A stretch of 37,157 nucleotides of DNA, taken from a virus (Duplodnaviria; Caudoviricetes). Shown piece by piece: positions 25,875 to 35,743 of the stretch. The position numbers were made by a program, and so were the translations under genes. How positions within the stretch are numbered: position 1 is the stretch's first letter; each line of letters starts with the position of its first letter. The notes below the pieces were generated by a model. That model was not told where the DNA came from. It searched no databases and saw only the letters and a list, made by a program, of their open reading frames with translations. The stretch covers positions 1 through 37,157 of the IMG/VR virus record IMGVR_UViG_3300033417_000033. The stretch is one strand, 5' to 3'.

Positions 25875-26468
25875 TTATTTCACCAATTCAGCCAGTAGTT
25901 GCGCAAGGGTCTTACAAATATCAGCATAATCTGTATCTGTATGATTAGACGGGTAGGTAAACTCACGCGATAGAGCTTCCAGTATAATGGGAAGTGTGTA
26001 AATAGTCATTATCGGTGATTGCCTATCATCAGCGTAGATAAGAACAAGGTTATTTGCCGGATAGTCCTCTCCAAAAGGCTCCCCATGTATAGGTATAACG
26101 GAATCACTATCTTGTGCAGGATTCGGGTAAAGTGTATATGTCCGAGCAGTTAGTTCATCAAGCGTGATTGCTTTTGGTTCACTGTTATCAATAGGCCAGG
26201 TTGTTGCATAAGCATTTAAATCAGCACTACTCGAAAATGAAAGCATTTCATCGTTGAAAAAAGCAGCTAGCGGCTTAAGAGCATCCGATGGAAAATCATA
26301 TGTCGCTGTACCACCTGTAAGCGGTATAATCTCTGTTTTAATGAATTGCGGTATCGACAAAAAAGCGAGTTCATTAAATATATCATCTACGAACTGAGAT
26401 AGAGTATCAACATTAAAGGAGATAATCGTCAAATCAGCTGCAAAAGCTTTAAGATCAGCCCGAGTCAT
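25875..26468 (-). CDS. putative head-tail adaptor-like protein
   Basis: 'GTATYDFPSD', 'LYPNP' adaptor-like motifs. Confidence 0.55.
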   Translation of the reverse strand: MTRADLKAFAADLTIISFNVDTLSQFVDDIFNELAFLSIPQFIKTEIIPLTGGTATYDFPSDALKPLAAFFNDEMLSFSSSADLNAYATTWPIDNSEPKAITLDELTARTYTLYPNPAQDSDSVIPIHGEPFGEDYPANNLVLIYADDRQSPIMTIYTLPIILEALSREFTYPSNHTDTDYADICKTLAQLLAELVK

Positions 26469-27067
26469 ACTTTAATACCTTTTAAAAGCAGAAGTTCTTT
26501 AGCCCGGACAAGTCGAGAGGGGATATTTGAAAGTAGTCGGTATCGAGCAAGAAGGATAAGTTCTGCCAAAGTCAAAGCTATATCAACATCTTCGTCAGGG
26601 AGTTCGCTATCTGTATTGTACGAGGTAGCGAAATTTGTGTGCATTGTTAGGAGTTTAACATAGGTAATATCGACAGAATCAGCAGCAGCGAGACCGGGAT
26701 AGAGGATGAAGAGATCACGTCCGACTGAATGCCAGGCTTCAAAGCGCGTACCGGTAATAGATCGAAACCAGTTTGGGTCATAAGCGGAGAGTTCGTCAAG
26801 AGAGGCGAGTTTTATGATTTCACGGTTTGATTGGACGAAGGTAATGATAGAAACGGCGTCAGAGAACTCATCACGCAGAGTAAAGAGGAGTTTCTGTTTT
26901 GGGGCAGTGAAAGTGTTTGTAACGAGGATACGTTGAAAAGCGGTATTGACTATTTGCTCGCAAAGTGAATAGATATGAATGGCCAGATCAGGAGAAAGCG
27001 CAAGTCCTCCTTCTTGCCTGATTCGGCGCATTAGGATTTCGATTGTCGGCCCTATTTGTCGTGACAT
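26465..27067 (-). CDS. putative head-tail adaptor-like protein
   Basis: 'ELSAYDPNW', 'FILYP'; similar size and pattern to its neighbour. Confidence 0.55.
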   Translation of the reverse strand: MSRQIGPTIEILMRRIRQEGGLALSPDLAIHIYSLCEQIVNTAFQRILVTNTFTAPKQKLLFTLRDEFSDAVSIITFVQSNREIIKLASLDELSAYDPNWFRSITGTRFEAWHSVGRDLFILYPGLAAADSVDITYVKLLTMHTNFATSYNTDSELPDEDVDIALTLAELILLARYRLLSNIPSRLVRAKELLLLKGIKV

Positions 27068-27075
27068 TCATTCGC

Positions 27076-27231
27076 CTATCTCGTTGTTTTTTTCTTCGGC
27101 ACTTTGCCGACTTCTTTATAGTAATCTTTTGCGATGTCGGCAAGTTTTCGATCTTCGTGACCTTTTAGTGCAGCGCGAACTTCTTTTTCCGTTTTCGCTT
27201 TGGCAAGTGCTTCAACGATTGCTTTTGACAT
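27076..27231 (-). CDS. small basic protein (51 aa)
   Basis: AGGAGG RBS; MSKAIVEALAKAKTEKEVRAALK...KKKTTR*. Confidence 0.55.
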   Translation of the reverse strand: MSKAIVEALAKAKTEKEVRAALKGHEDRKLADIAKDYYKEVGKVPKKKTTR

Positions 27232-27243
27232 TATGTAAACCTC

Positions 27244-27642
27244 CTACATGCGGCGACGAACTCGGATTGTTGGTATGTATTTGTTTTTTATATCTTGAAA
27301 AGGATTATATGATACCGGTGCCTCAGACTCTTTACCCCCGCCGCCACCAGACATCACAGCTGACATTCCTTTGGATATACCATTTGATATGCCAGTTGAA
27401 ACACCTTTCCCGACTTCAGTTGCTATGGTTGGTGCTGCGGTTGCAGCAGTCGAAGCACCACTAGCAGCAGGAATAGCGGTTGTTGCTGCCGTAGTTGCAC
27501 CGGCGGCGGCGGGGGCGGCAGTAGTAGCAGCCCCTCCAACAGCGGCACCAGCAGTCGTACCACCAGCACTTGATAGGGCAGAAGCTACGCCGGAGCCGGA
27601 TACCGCTTTTATAAGTGCTGCAATGATTGCAGGTATAGCCAT
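27244..27642 (-). CDS. Ala/Gly/Thr-rich low-complexity virion protein
   Basis: AGGAG RBS; hydrophobic N-terminus. Confidence 0.65.
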   Translation of the reverse strand: MAIPAIIAALIKAVSGSGVASALSSAGGTTAGAAVGGAATTAAPAAAGATTAATTAIPAASGASTAATAAPTIATEVGKGVSTGISNGISKGMSAVMSGGGGGKESEAPVSYNPFQDIKNKYIPTIRVRRRM

Positions 27643-27651
27643 TTTTAGCTC

Positions 27652-28614
27652 CTATTGTTTCCAATTATCATGGACATAATCGTGTGCGTTACGTTGATCA
27701 TTTCGTCTGCGTGAGATTCCACGAGTCATACTTAAAATAAGAGTAATATCGTCTGCACCACGGCTGGTACGAATTGCATCTTTTACCTTATTTGCCCAAA
27801 TTGCGCGCTGTTTTGCTTGCTCGTTTGCGAAAACTGCGGCACCCTCAACACTGCCAAGTCGAATCTGAGCAATTTTCTCGTATTGAAAGAGGTCAATCAG
27901 GACACCTTCTTTTAGTACGTAAGAGTCAATCACAGCTGGGAGGGTGTCAGAGAAAGCGAGCGCCGTCGGCAAAGACCAATAGGTGTAGTGAATTAACTCT
28001 GTGTCTGTTGGAGGGGAGTAAATTTCGTACTTCAAATATCCTGAGCCGTCTACACCGACCTGTGCGACATGCGTCGGGTAAGAACCGGCGATAATGCGAG
28101 AAGGCGCATACATATCAAGTTCGTCCAGCGACAATTGCTCAAGCTCAAAACGGAGACGGTCGAAGATGAAAGTGCCGGTCCAGCGGGCGTCGGGAGCAAG
28201 AGAGTGCGTGCGTTTCGCGAGTGTGTAGGTGCCTGCGGTGACCGTGGTCTCGGTGAAGGCACTATCGAGAGTGATCGTGGCCGCAAGCGCATCCACTGAA
28301 GCGACGCGATACCAGACGGTGTTTGTGCGCAGATACCAGTGCTCATGCGCTGCCACACCAGGAGAGGTAATCCAGGCTGCTTGAGCAGTGGCATCCGGCG
28401 TGATTGTGGTGCTGCCTTTTGTCGCAGTGATGGTTCCGGCAGTCACGAGGGCAGGGAGGGCGAGTTCGCCGACCTGCCGCAGGTGCCGGAACTTCACACG
28501 GTTGACGAGTTCAGAATATCGATTGTTAATCCAACGGAGAATAAGAGGTGAACCCGCGGCGGTGCTCGTGGAGGCAATGAGGTCTCGAATAAGAGTATCT
28601 ACTGTCGTAGACAT
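27652..28614 (-). CDS. head-tail adaptor (tail tubular A-like) with inserted beta domain
   Basis: N-terminal helices 'LRWINN', Thr-rich insert, 'IYSPP...YTYWSLP'. Confidence 0.6.
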   Translation of the reverse strand: MSTTVDTLIRDLIASTSTAAGSPLILRWINNRYSELVNRVKFRHLRQVGELALPALVTAGTITATKGSTTITPDATAQAAWITSPGVAAHEHWYLRTNTVWYRVASVDALAATITLDSAFTETTVTAGTYTLAKRTHSLAPDARWTGTFIFDRLRFELEQLSLDELDMYAPSRIIAGSYPTHVAQVGVDGSGYLKYEIYSPPTDTELIHYTYWSLPTALAFSDTLPAVIDSYVLKEGVLIDLFQYEKIAQIRLGSVEGAAVFANEQAKQRAIWANKVKDAIRTSRGADDITLILSMTRGISRRRNDQRNAHDYVHDNWKQ

Positions 28615-28617
28615 GTG

Positions 28618-28836
28618 TTATCTCTTTGCCCGGATATGCGGCTGTTGGCCGGGAAGTTTTTGCGCGGGCTCAACGCTTTTTGCGCCAGCGTAGTCAGAAA
28701 GCTGACTGTCAGAAAGCGAACGGTCGCGGAAGAGTTTCCGGGCAGCACCGTGTAGACGGTCCGGCTCGATCTCACCCTTGCGTGCTGCAAGGGCAAGACC
28801 AAAGGAGGATTGGGGTTTTGCTTGAGTGGTAGACAT
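28618..28836 (-). CDS. DUF3008-like small protein
   Basis: 'GLALAARKGE....L.GAARKL...LS..QL.DYA'. Confidence 0.65.
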   Translation of the reverse strand: MSTTQAKPQSSFGLALAARKGEIEPDRLHGAARKLFRDRSLSDSQLSDYAGAKSVEPAQKLPGQQPHIRAKR

Positions 28837-28849
28837 CTTCTACTCCAAC

Positions 28850-29797
28850 TTATGCCGCATCCGGAGTTGTTGCAATCAGATTCTCCGTTGCAGCGGCAAT
28901 ATAAGGTACGCTACCGATAAAGATATTTGCTTTTGCGGCATCGGATACAATATCATCCACACCGGCAAAAGAACATCGACTGTCGAAATAGAGTTTCGCG
29001 TTACCGAGACCAGTTTCATCGATTGCATAGGTGAGAGATGTACCGATGTTGATGAATTGGCAGTTCTTGAAAATTGCAACACCTGATCCCATTCCGGCGA
29101 AGGTTTTAATGAAGAATGGGTCAGCAGCGTCGGCATTCATGATGAAAATACAGTCCTCAAAGACTGCACGACAAGAGCGATCAGAAGCACCGTAAAGCGA
29201 AAGAGCGGCGCCGGCAGACCATGCGACAGTGTCACCACCAATAACACAATCCTTTGCGAAAAACTCATTTGCCGCAACTGTGAGGAGAATGCTTGTTGCG
29301 CCATCAAGAGCGGTGGCCAGTGCCGGAAGGATATGACAATTAACGAGCGAATTTCGCTCACCTGTGACCTTAACCGGTGTAATGTCAGTTGATCCGACAC
29401 CAGCCGGAATATACAGGTTCGCGAAAAGATTGCCATAGCCGGATACCGTGAGCAGTGTAATAGTTGCGGCAGTAGCTGTAAGACGAGAACGCATATTTAA
29501 CCGCCCCGGAGCGCACATTCCGACAAGGTGTGTTGAGTTCTTGTTCCAGTCCACAGCGGCAGCCTGCGGATGAGCGTCCGGTGTGACAAGCAGGCAATCA
29601 TTTCGCCCGGTAGTCATGAGTCCAAGGGCTGTGCTCAGATCCGTGTGGAAGGATGGGGTATTCGACTGAGCAAATTGCTCCCAATACTGGTAGCCTGCGC
29701 CACCGGCAGCGGGAGCCAGAATATGGACATCGGCGAGCCCGGGGATACCGAAGCGACCGAGGGACGATGATGCGATTTCTCTAAGGCGGGATGACAT
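28850..29797 (-). CDS. beta-helix (pectin-lyase-like) capsid-associated protein
   Basis: Repeated 'F.NC.F/I' rungs; directly follows the capsid gene. Confidence 0.6.
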   Translation of the reverse strand: MSSRLREIASSSLGRFGIPGLADVHILAPAAGGAGYQYWEQFAQSNTPSFHTDLSTALGLMTTGRNDCLLVTPDAHPQAAAVDWNKNSTHLVGMCAPGRLNMRSRLTATAATITLLTVSGYGNLFANLYIPAGVGSTDITPVKVTGERNSLVNCHILPALATALDGATSILLTVAANEFFAKDCVIGGDTVAWSAGAALSLYGASDRSCRAVFEDCIFIMNADAADPFFIKTFAGMGSGVAIFKNCQFINIGTSLTYAIDETGLGNAKLYFDSRCSFAGVDDIVSDAAKANIFIGSVPYIAAATENLIATTPDAA

Positions 29798-29852
29798 AAG
29801 GTAGTTCTCCTTCTCTATGCGAGTTTTATTAATTAATGAGATTCAGTGCAAA

Positions 29853-30752
29853 TCAACCGGTAGAACCGTCCACTCCGTAAGGACTTCCAAATCCTTGACA
29901 ATGACGCTGATAGGCCGTAGCGACCGCATTCTTCGTATAAGGATCATCGAACATATCAAAGATTGGTTGATCACGCCAGAAGAAGTTCAGGTCGTGCTGA
30001 CCTTTGCCGGCGAGCATGAACCAGTAGGTTGATGTGCTCAGATAGTGGCAGACCATGAAACTGAGATCCTCGTCGATCAGGGCGTTGATCTCATTGTCGG
30101 CGGTGTACGGTTTGCCCCCGGAACCGAAAATCTCCCGGGCGACAAACTTATTCGACGGCGAGATGACAAGCATACTCGGGGCCATCAAGCGCGGCATAGA
30201 TCGCTCATCGGTCATGTTCTCGAAGCGGGTGATTGCGTTCTGGATGCCTGTGATGGAAAAGCCAATGTCCGGGGAAGGCCGATTCGCCCAACTCGTGCCA
30301 TCGAGCTTCGTCTGCGTGGTATCGCAGAGAGAGTTGCCGCTCGTGAAACCTGCGAAGGAAGTCGAGAAGGCGTTATTCAGGATGCTCCAAGCGGAAACCT
30401 CCTCCCGATTCCGTCCGGCCCGGGCCATGCAGCGGACCATCTCCTGCATCACACCGTAGAGCTCGTCGCGCCAAGCTTCCCAGGTGATTTCGACAGCCAT
30501 ACCATATGGGGTGGCGGTGTAGGATTTCGTGCCGCCAGTGATCAGCTCATCCATGGTGAATTGTTCACCTTCTGATTTACCCGGCATGGTGCCAAGACCA
30601 GAGACCTGGTAATCCGTGATAGGATTCCACTCCATGTCACCCACATTAAAGATGAGCGGATACTCCTTCGGGCGCTCCTTTCCAGTCTCAAAGTAGACCT
30701 GCCGAAGATCCGGGGCAAGCAAGCGGCTAATTGTTCCTCTTGATACGGCCAT
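29853..30752 (-). CDS. major capsid protein (HK97 fold, Mu gpT-like)
   Basis: 299 aa; 'LLAPDL', 'KSEGE', 'ITWEA..DELYG', 'LNNAF', C-terminal 'G.G...GVDGSTG'. Confidence 0.85.
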   Translation of the reverse strand: MAVSRGTISRLLAPDLRQVYFETGKERPKEYPLIFNVGDMEWNPITDYQVSGLGTMPGKSEGEQFTMDELITGGTKSYTATPYGMAVEITWEAWRDELYGVMQEMVRCMARAGRNREEVSAWSILNNAFSTSFAGFTSGNSLCDTTQTKLDGTSWANRPSPDIGFSITGIQNAITRFENMTDERSMPRLMAPSMLVISPSNKFVAREIFGSGGKPYTADNEINALIDEDLSFMVCHYLSTSTYWFMLAGKGQHDLNFFWRDQPIFDMFDDPYTKNAVATAYQRHCQGFGSPYGVDGSTG

Positions 30753-30792
30753 TTTTGTTCCTCCTATTAAATTTCGCGGTCGCGGTTATAGG

Positions 30793-31269
30793 TTAAATTG
30801 CATTGAAAAGAGAATCACAGAATGAGAAATGAACGAGAGCAAGATTATCGCCGATGTCATCTACAAATTCGAGAACGAGGGCCGCAAGGTCGGTGGTGTC
30901 GGATGAGTTAATGTACCAAGATGTGGAAGCATCAAGCGAAAGACCATATCGAAGATAGCGATTTGTAACAAGGGAGGTGTAGTCACCACCCGTATCACCA
31001 GCAGCAATTCGAGCGCTAAAAACTGCGTTCGGCAAGGCCGGGAAAATCAGTGCGGTTGTCGTATCGGCAACAGCAGCCTCTGCAGCAACACCGAGGATGG
31101 TGCCGGTTGTCGGGCCATCAGCAGCCTCAACAGCAAGACCGGAAGTCGCGATGATGATTGCGCCTTTTGCCCACGTAGTATCAGATGCCTTCGTAACGGC
31201 CATCATCGGAACCGCACCGCCACCAAGCATTTTTACAGCCTTAATATGATCACCAGTTGTCAGAGCCAT
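30793..31269 (-). CDS. capsid cement/decoration protein
   Basis: 'KGAII...G.A', 'ILGVA'; immediately upstream of the MCP. Confidence 0.65.
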   Translation of the reverse strand: MALTTGDHIKAVKMLGGGAVPMMAVTKASDTTWAKGAIIIATSGLAVEAADGPTTGTILGVAAEAAVADTTTALIFPALPNAVFSARIAAGDTGGDYTSLVTNRYLRYGLSLDASTSWYINSSDTTDLAALVLEFVDDIGDNLALVHFSFCDSLFNAI

Positions 31270-31314
31270 CTTTCATACCTCCTGAGTTTTAAAATTACTC
31301 TTATCTATATTATG

Positions 31315-31343
31315 TAAGTACAGGTTTTTTTGGTGATTGTCAA
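31315..31343 (-). promoter_or_regulatory. possible promoter for capsid genes
   Basis: TTGACA-17 bp-TACTTA (weak -10) in an AT-rich gap. Confidence 0.4.
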
Positions 31344-31345
31344 AT

Positions 31346-31543
31346 TTATTTTACCTTGTCTAATTCTGCCCGAACAAAACAGTCTTTTGCCTCAAGTAGT
31401 TTGCGCAATCCGGCTGATTTCTCAGCTCCATCAGGTAAAAAATCGTTCATGAAGTCAGCGGTAACTTTTATCTCCCTTGGAACATCCTGAAGATTCCGGG
31501 GTAAGTAATTATAAGCGAAATAACGCATTATTGGATTTGACAT
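31346..31543 (-). CDS. small helical-hairpin phage protein (possibly Acb2/Tad1-like)
   Basis: 'LPDGAEKSAGLRKLLEAKDCFVRA'. Confidence 0.55.
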   Translation of the reverse strand: MSNPIMRYFAYNYLPRNLQDVPREIKVTADFMNDFLPDGAEKSAGLRKLLEAKDCFVRAELDKVK

Positions 31544-31545
31544 AA

Positions 31546-32262
31546 TTATCCACGTCCACGAGACTGCCCCGGTAAAGGAATGCCTGGGACACCGCCGGGT
31601 TGTTTCATTTGACGTGCAATATTATTCACAGCGGTGTTCTGTGCGGATCGCTTCCGATTGATGATTTCCTGTGTACGTGGATCGAGTGTCGAATTATCGT
31701 CAGTACTGACATTCTTAAAGACATTCGGATATTTGTCTGCAATATTTCGCACGTCTGTCTCTAGTCCGTATTGCTGGCGCCGACGAGCTTCGTCTTCTTT
31801 TTGACAGATTGAAAGGTAGCGGTCAACTCGGATACACATCAACAGTACGTCGCCCACGCGAATTGTATTGTCTGCCTTACTGATGTCAGCGGCTTCGGGG
31901 AATTCTGTAGTTGTTGCAACTGACCAACCCTGGGATTTTTTCTTCCACACCGCGCTACCATTCACATTCACATAATTCACCCAACAGGTTTTCAGATAAG
32001 GGTGATTCGCGCCGATGTTCATGTAGTCATTTTCGATATCATTACGAATTTCCCGATCAATGTCAAAGGCACTTTCTGGGAGTCCGACTTTCTCCGGGCC
32101 TTGTTCAGCTGCCTGAGCGAGGGTGTCTGTGCGGGCCGCGAGAAGTTCGTCGCGCTGGTAGCCAGGTGGCGGAAGAGATGGTTCGATCCGCTCTGCCTGC
32201 TCCGGCTTAATAATACCTGGTGATTCGTTTAGTTCTTCTGCGCTGAATAGTGACATAATCAA
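31546..32262 (-). CDS. hypothetical head-module protein
   Basis: 238-aa ORF between scaffold and capsid genes (start may be ATG 32256). Confidence 0.7.
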   Translation of the reverse strand: MIMSLFSAEELNESPGIIKPEQAERIEPSLPPPGYQRDELLAARTDTLAQAAEQGPEKVGLPESAFDIDREIRNDIENDYMNIGANHPYLKTCWVNYVNVNGSAVWKKKSQGWSVATTTEFPEAADISKADNTIRVGDVLLMCIRVDRYLSICQKEDEARRRQQYGLETDVRNIADKYPNVFKNVSTDDNSTLDPRTQEIINRKRSAQNTAVNNIARQMKQPGGVPGIPLPGQSRGRG

Positions 32263-33056
32263 TTCTCCTCTCCGAAATAGTCTTTGCCTACCTTATTCCA
32301 ATAGTCTTCCCAACCATCGTAGCCGCGCCGTTGATACTCTTGATCAACTGAAACCCCTTTACTGCGGAGAGCGGTCAGCGCATCGCTACCCAAGACTTTC
32401 TTCGGATCTGGAATATCTGCGCCGTATTGCGCTCCGGTATTGCGTCCGCTTTGGCCAGATGGGGCCATTGTCAGGTCTGCCGCTGCCGATCGAAGAATCT
32501 CCTCTTTTTGCGCGGCCATAATTTTATCAACATTTTGGCCGACGGCGAGCTGATAGGCGGCTTTTCGCACCTGCGGATTCATGCGCTGATCTGCGGGAAG
32601 TTGGCGAAGATGGGCTTCCACGTCCTTTTGCACGATGTCATAATGAGGCATTTGACCGCGTGTGACTTCGCCGGTTAGCTGATTGATGACCTCGACACCC
32701 TGAGCGAATCGCGGTTCCATCTCCCGATTAATTTCCATGCGGATCTTACTGCTGTTCAGCTTATCCCGCTCGCGCATGAGTTTGGAAACTGGCTTTCCGT
32801 CTTCTACGGCGCTATCAATTGCCGCATCAAGGGAGTCGATTTGGCGGTCGATTCCTGCAATTTGATCGTCGAAGGTCGGGCCGCTCGCTTGAGGAGGTGC
32901 GAATTGCTGATGTTGTCCACCGCCGAAGCCCGCTGTTTCAAAGGCATCCAGGCGGTTACGGAGTGCGTCAAAATCGCTCTTCGGCACATAGTCAGGTGGC
33001 GTGGGTGGGGCTGATTGAACAGGTTGGCCGGTGATCGGGTCGATAGCGGGGTCCAT
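32259..33056 (-). CDS. capsid scaffolding protein (putative)
   Basis: Helical/coiled, Pro-rich N-terminus, between portal and MCP. Confidence 0.6.
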   Translation of the reverse strand: MDPAIDPITGQPVQSAPPTPPDYVPKSDFDALRNRLDAFETAGFGGGQHQQFAPPQASGPTFDDQIAGIDRQIDSLDAAIDSAVEDGKPVSKLMRERDKLNSSKIRMEINREMEPRFAQGVEVINQLTGEVTRGQMPHYDIVQKDVEAHLRQLPADQRMNPQVRKAAYQLAVGQNVDKIMAAQKEEILRSAAADLTMAPSGQSGRNTGAQYGADIPDPKKVLGSDALTALRSKGVSVDQEYQRRGYDGWEDYWNKVGKDYFGEEN

Positions 33057-33296
33057 TTATTTACCTCTCTCAAGTTGTGTCTGCCTCTCGCGGAACTCGG
33101 CACGGAAGGAAGATAGGATTTTTTCGTATACTGCGAGCTCTATTGCAAGTGGGGCGAGCTTTGCGCTATCGCCGCTCTTTGATACTTCGACTATTTGTTT
33201 GATTAGGGATTGTTGGATTTCAGCGAGCCAGGCGAGGAAATCTGCTTGGGCGGGTGCGTAGTTCATTAGGTATTCTTGCCAGGGGCGCATTTTCAC
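33057..33296 (-). CDS. small helical protein downstream of portal
   Basis: 79 aa; typical podovirus position. Confidence 0.6.
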   Translation of the reverse strand: MKMRPWQEYLMNYAPAQADFLAWLAEIQQSLIKQIVEVSKSGDSAKLAPLAIELAVYEKILSSFRAEFRERQTQLERGK

Positions 33297-33365
33297 TTAT
33301 TTCCATAAATAAAGATTAATTTACTGTATCCACATTTTTTACATTGTTTAAAACCTATTGTAATA

Positions 33366-33396
33366 ATTATATCACTATCAGTTCTGATATTTTCAA
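33366..33396 (-). promoter_or_regulatory. extended -10 promoter with a palindrome in the spacer
   Basis: TTGAAA-19 bp-TATAAT with TG at the extended -10 position; TATCAG-TT-CTGATA at 33376-33389. Confidence 0.5.
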
Positions 33397-33465
33397 CAAA
33401 GGTTTCTTTATCGTGCTTATGAAATAAATCTTTAAACCAAGTAAATACTTGCACTTTGCTGTCTC

Positions 33466-35334
33466 CTATTGTCCAAAAGGAAGAGCAAGCGGCTCACTGC
33501 CACCGCTGCCCGCCATTGCTCCACCCAGCATCCCCATCAGCTGTTGGAGTCCTTGTTGCTGCTGCGTATCAACTTCAATTTTGTTCATCTCATCTTCTAC
33601 CTCGATTAAGAATAGTGAGGGGTCGCGCACCTGATCAAATGTCCGCATTGTGCGATCTATGACTTCACCTGCGCTTTCTATAATCTTCCGCGCTACCGAT
33701 ACGACTTCTGGGGGTGTCTGCGGATTACTTGCAATCGTAATAAGCTCCAATGTGCGTTGGTAATATTGCGCAAGAATATTCGTGAGCATTATAGCATTTT
33801 GCCTTTCAGCCTCCCTATTTACCGTAGAAGATGAAGCAGTCAGTTCGATGTCTACTTGCTCGTCAAATGTCTCACTACGGAGCGCCGCAAGAACAAGCAG
33901 CCCATCCTCATAACCAAGAATTTGAAGTATCCCGGCCTCAGCGTTCACATCCCCCGACATGATTCGCTCTTGATAGCGATAAACAGCCTGTGCAATTGCA
34001 TTCGATATGCAAAGACGCATACTGTCGAAGGCCGGCACAAATCGGCGACTCACCTGTTGAATGAATGACATCGCAGTGATACCGGGTGTGCGCGATGGAA
34101 TACTGCTGCCTCTACTAACATCATTAATGCCGACACGCTGATTCGCAAGTTGCATTGTAACCATTTGGTCCTGCCAAATTGAGCTATAGACGTCTGCCAT
34201 CTGCAATGCTTGTAGGTCTTCACGAGGATTCGCGGTCTGCACATATTTCCCCGGCCAGATTTTCATCGTCTCAGACAGATTCTCACTACCTACCCACATT
34301 CGACTGTTTGCAAGCAGGACGTTCAGTGTCGCATAGTTATGAACGTCGCTGATCTTCTCCTCATAGGGCATGAGCATTTGCAGAACACCAAGCCCGTAGT
34401 ACATATGCTCACGTAATTGGTAAACCATTTTCTCAAGTGGCTTCCGGTCCTCTTGCGGGAATCCGACATACAAGATCTTCCGGCCAGAATGATTCCAAAT
34501 GACAAGTAGCTCCTCGTCGATACCATCAGAGTCAATGTCGAAATTACAATATACGCGCATGATGTCGTAATATTGCATACGCTGATTCGCCGGTTCGCTC
34601 ACCTTGCCTAGCGACTCCCGCACCTGGCGGATATCGCTCTTCTTGAAAATCGGCTGAATACCATCAACCTGCCAATTCCCCTTCCGAGCCATCATATTGA
34701 TATCATTCATCGTATAGTAGAAGCGGAGGCCCATTATCGGTAGGTCTTCAATTGACGAATAGGAACCAGCCGGTACGATGACATCTTCAATCGGCATCGC
34801 ATAAAAGTGGGGGCCGCTCGATAGCACCTTGGCCGATTTTGTCTTTTTTATCTTCTCCACCCAGGGGATGTAGATTTGGCCAGTCCCCAATTTAACGTCT
34901 TCCAACACGGCAGTCTCAATGGCCGGACGTAGGCCGAATTCAGTGGATGTCGCTATATGGTCTACAAATCGCTGAAAAGCCTTCGCTGTCGCTGCCGCTT
35001 GCGTGTCTCCCTTCATCTTCGGTTTGCTGCGGACGGTGACAAGTGGTGAGATATTAAAGATGAGATCAAGGGCCTGCGCATAGATTGTATCCGCACTAAT
35101 AGCGCCTATTGTAACTTCAATGTTCGGCGCATTCTCAACCGGCGTATCGCGCACTTCAAGTTTCGGCACCCCCTCGTACATTCGCAAGCACTCTTTCACC
35201 ACCTTATCGAATTGCCGCCGAAACATCATGGCGTCTTCAAATTCGTTGAAGATCCAATTTGCCAGGTCCGACATCCGTTGCTCGGTGATGTCAAGAATCT
35301 GTTTCGCTTTGTGCCTTGTGTAGAATTTTGACAT
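33466..35334 (-). CDS. portal protein (podovirus-type)
   Basis: 622 aa; 'KLGTG', 'YYGLGV', 'RTPGITA', Gln-rich C-terminus. Confidence 0.85.
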   Translation of the reverse strand: MSKFYTRHKAKQILDITEQRMSDLANWIFNEFEDAMMFRRQFDKVVKECLRMYEGVPKLEVRDTPVENAPNIEVTIGAISADTIYAQALDLIFNISPLVTVRSKPKMKGDTQAAATAKAFQRFVDHIATSTEFGLRPAIETAVLEDVKLGTGQIYIPWVEKIKKTKSAKVLSSGPHFYAMPIEDVIVPAGSYSSIEDLPIMGLRFYYTMNDINMMARKGNWQVDGIQPIFKKSDIRQVRESLGKVSEPANQRMQYYDIMRVYCNFDIDSDGIDEELLVIWNHSGRKILYVGFPQEDRKPLEKMVYQLREHMYYGLGVLQMLMPYEEKISDVHNYATLNVLLANSRMWVGSENLSETMKIWPGKYVQTANPREDLQALQMADVYSSIWQDQMVTMQLANQRVGINDVSRGSSIPSRTPGITAMSFIQQVSRRFVPAFDSMRLCISNAIAQAVYRYQERIMSGDVNAEAGILQILGYEDGLLVLAALRSETFDEQVDIELTASSSTVNREAERQNAIMLTNILAQYYQRTLELITIASNPQTPPEVVSVARKIIESAGEVIDRTMRTFDQVRDPSLFLIEVEDEMNKIEVDTQQQQGLQQLMGMLGGAMAGSGGSEPLALPFGQ

Positions 35335-35743
35335 TATTTATACCTTTTTGGAACTTGAGGGATATTGATCTTATTTTTGATTCTGGTATAGGTAGCGCTC
35401 TCCATGCTTCTCTTGGAATTTCTCTTGCCATGTTTTGATCGCCACACCCACACCGCACGATAGCTCATATGGTGAAGAGTATTCCACCGTCTGCCCAATT
35501 ATCAGGGCCCTTTCTCGTCAAAAGACTCATTCATCACCTTTTGGTCGATTAAACACCAGCCACAAGATTTGTTCAATTATTCTGTCATGTTTATGTGCCG
35601 TTTAGGTAGCTACCCCAGCGATGTGATCCACTCCGCCAATCAATCCCGTTCCGACCTCTACCCTGAATGAAGCGTAAACAAAGACGGAGCCAACTGAAAA
35701 GAAAGTTACCCCAGGAACATGATCCGCATGAAGTGGGCGCTCT

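Noticed and set aside
35335-35743. Possible genes in the gap between portal and tailspike
   Set aside because: Only short broken frames with no convincing start.
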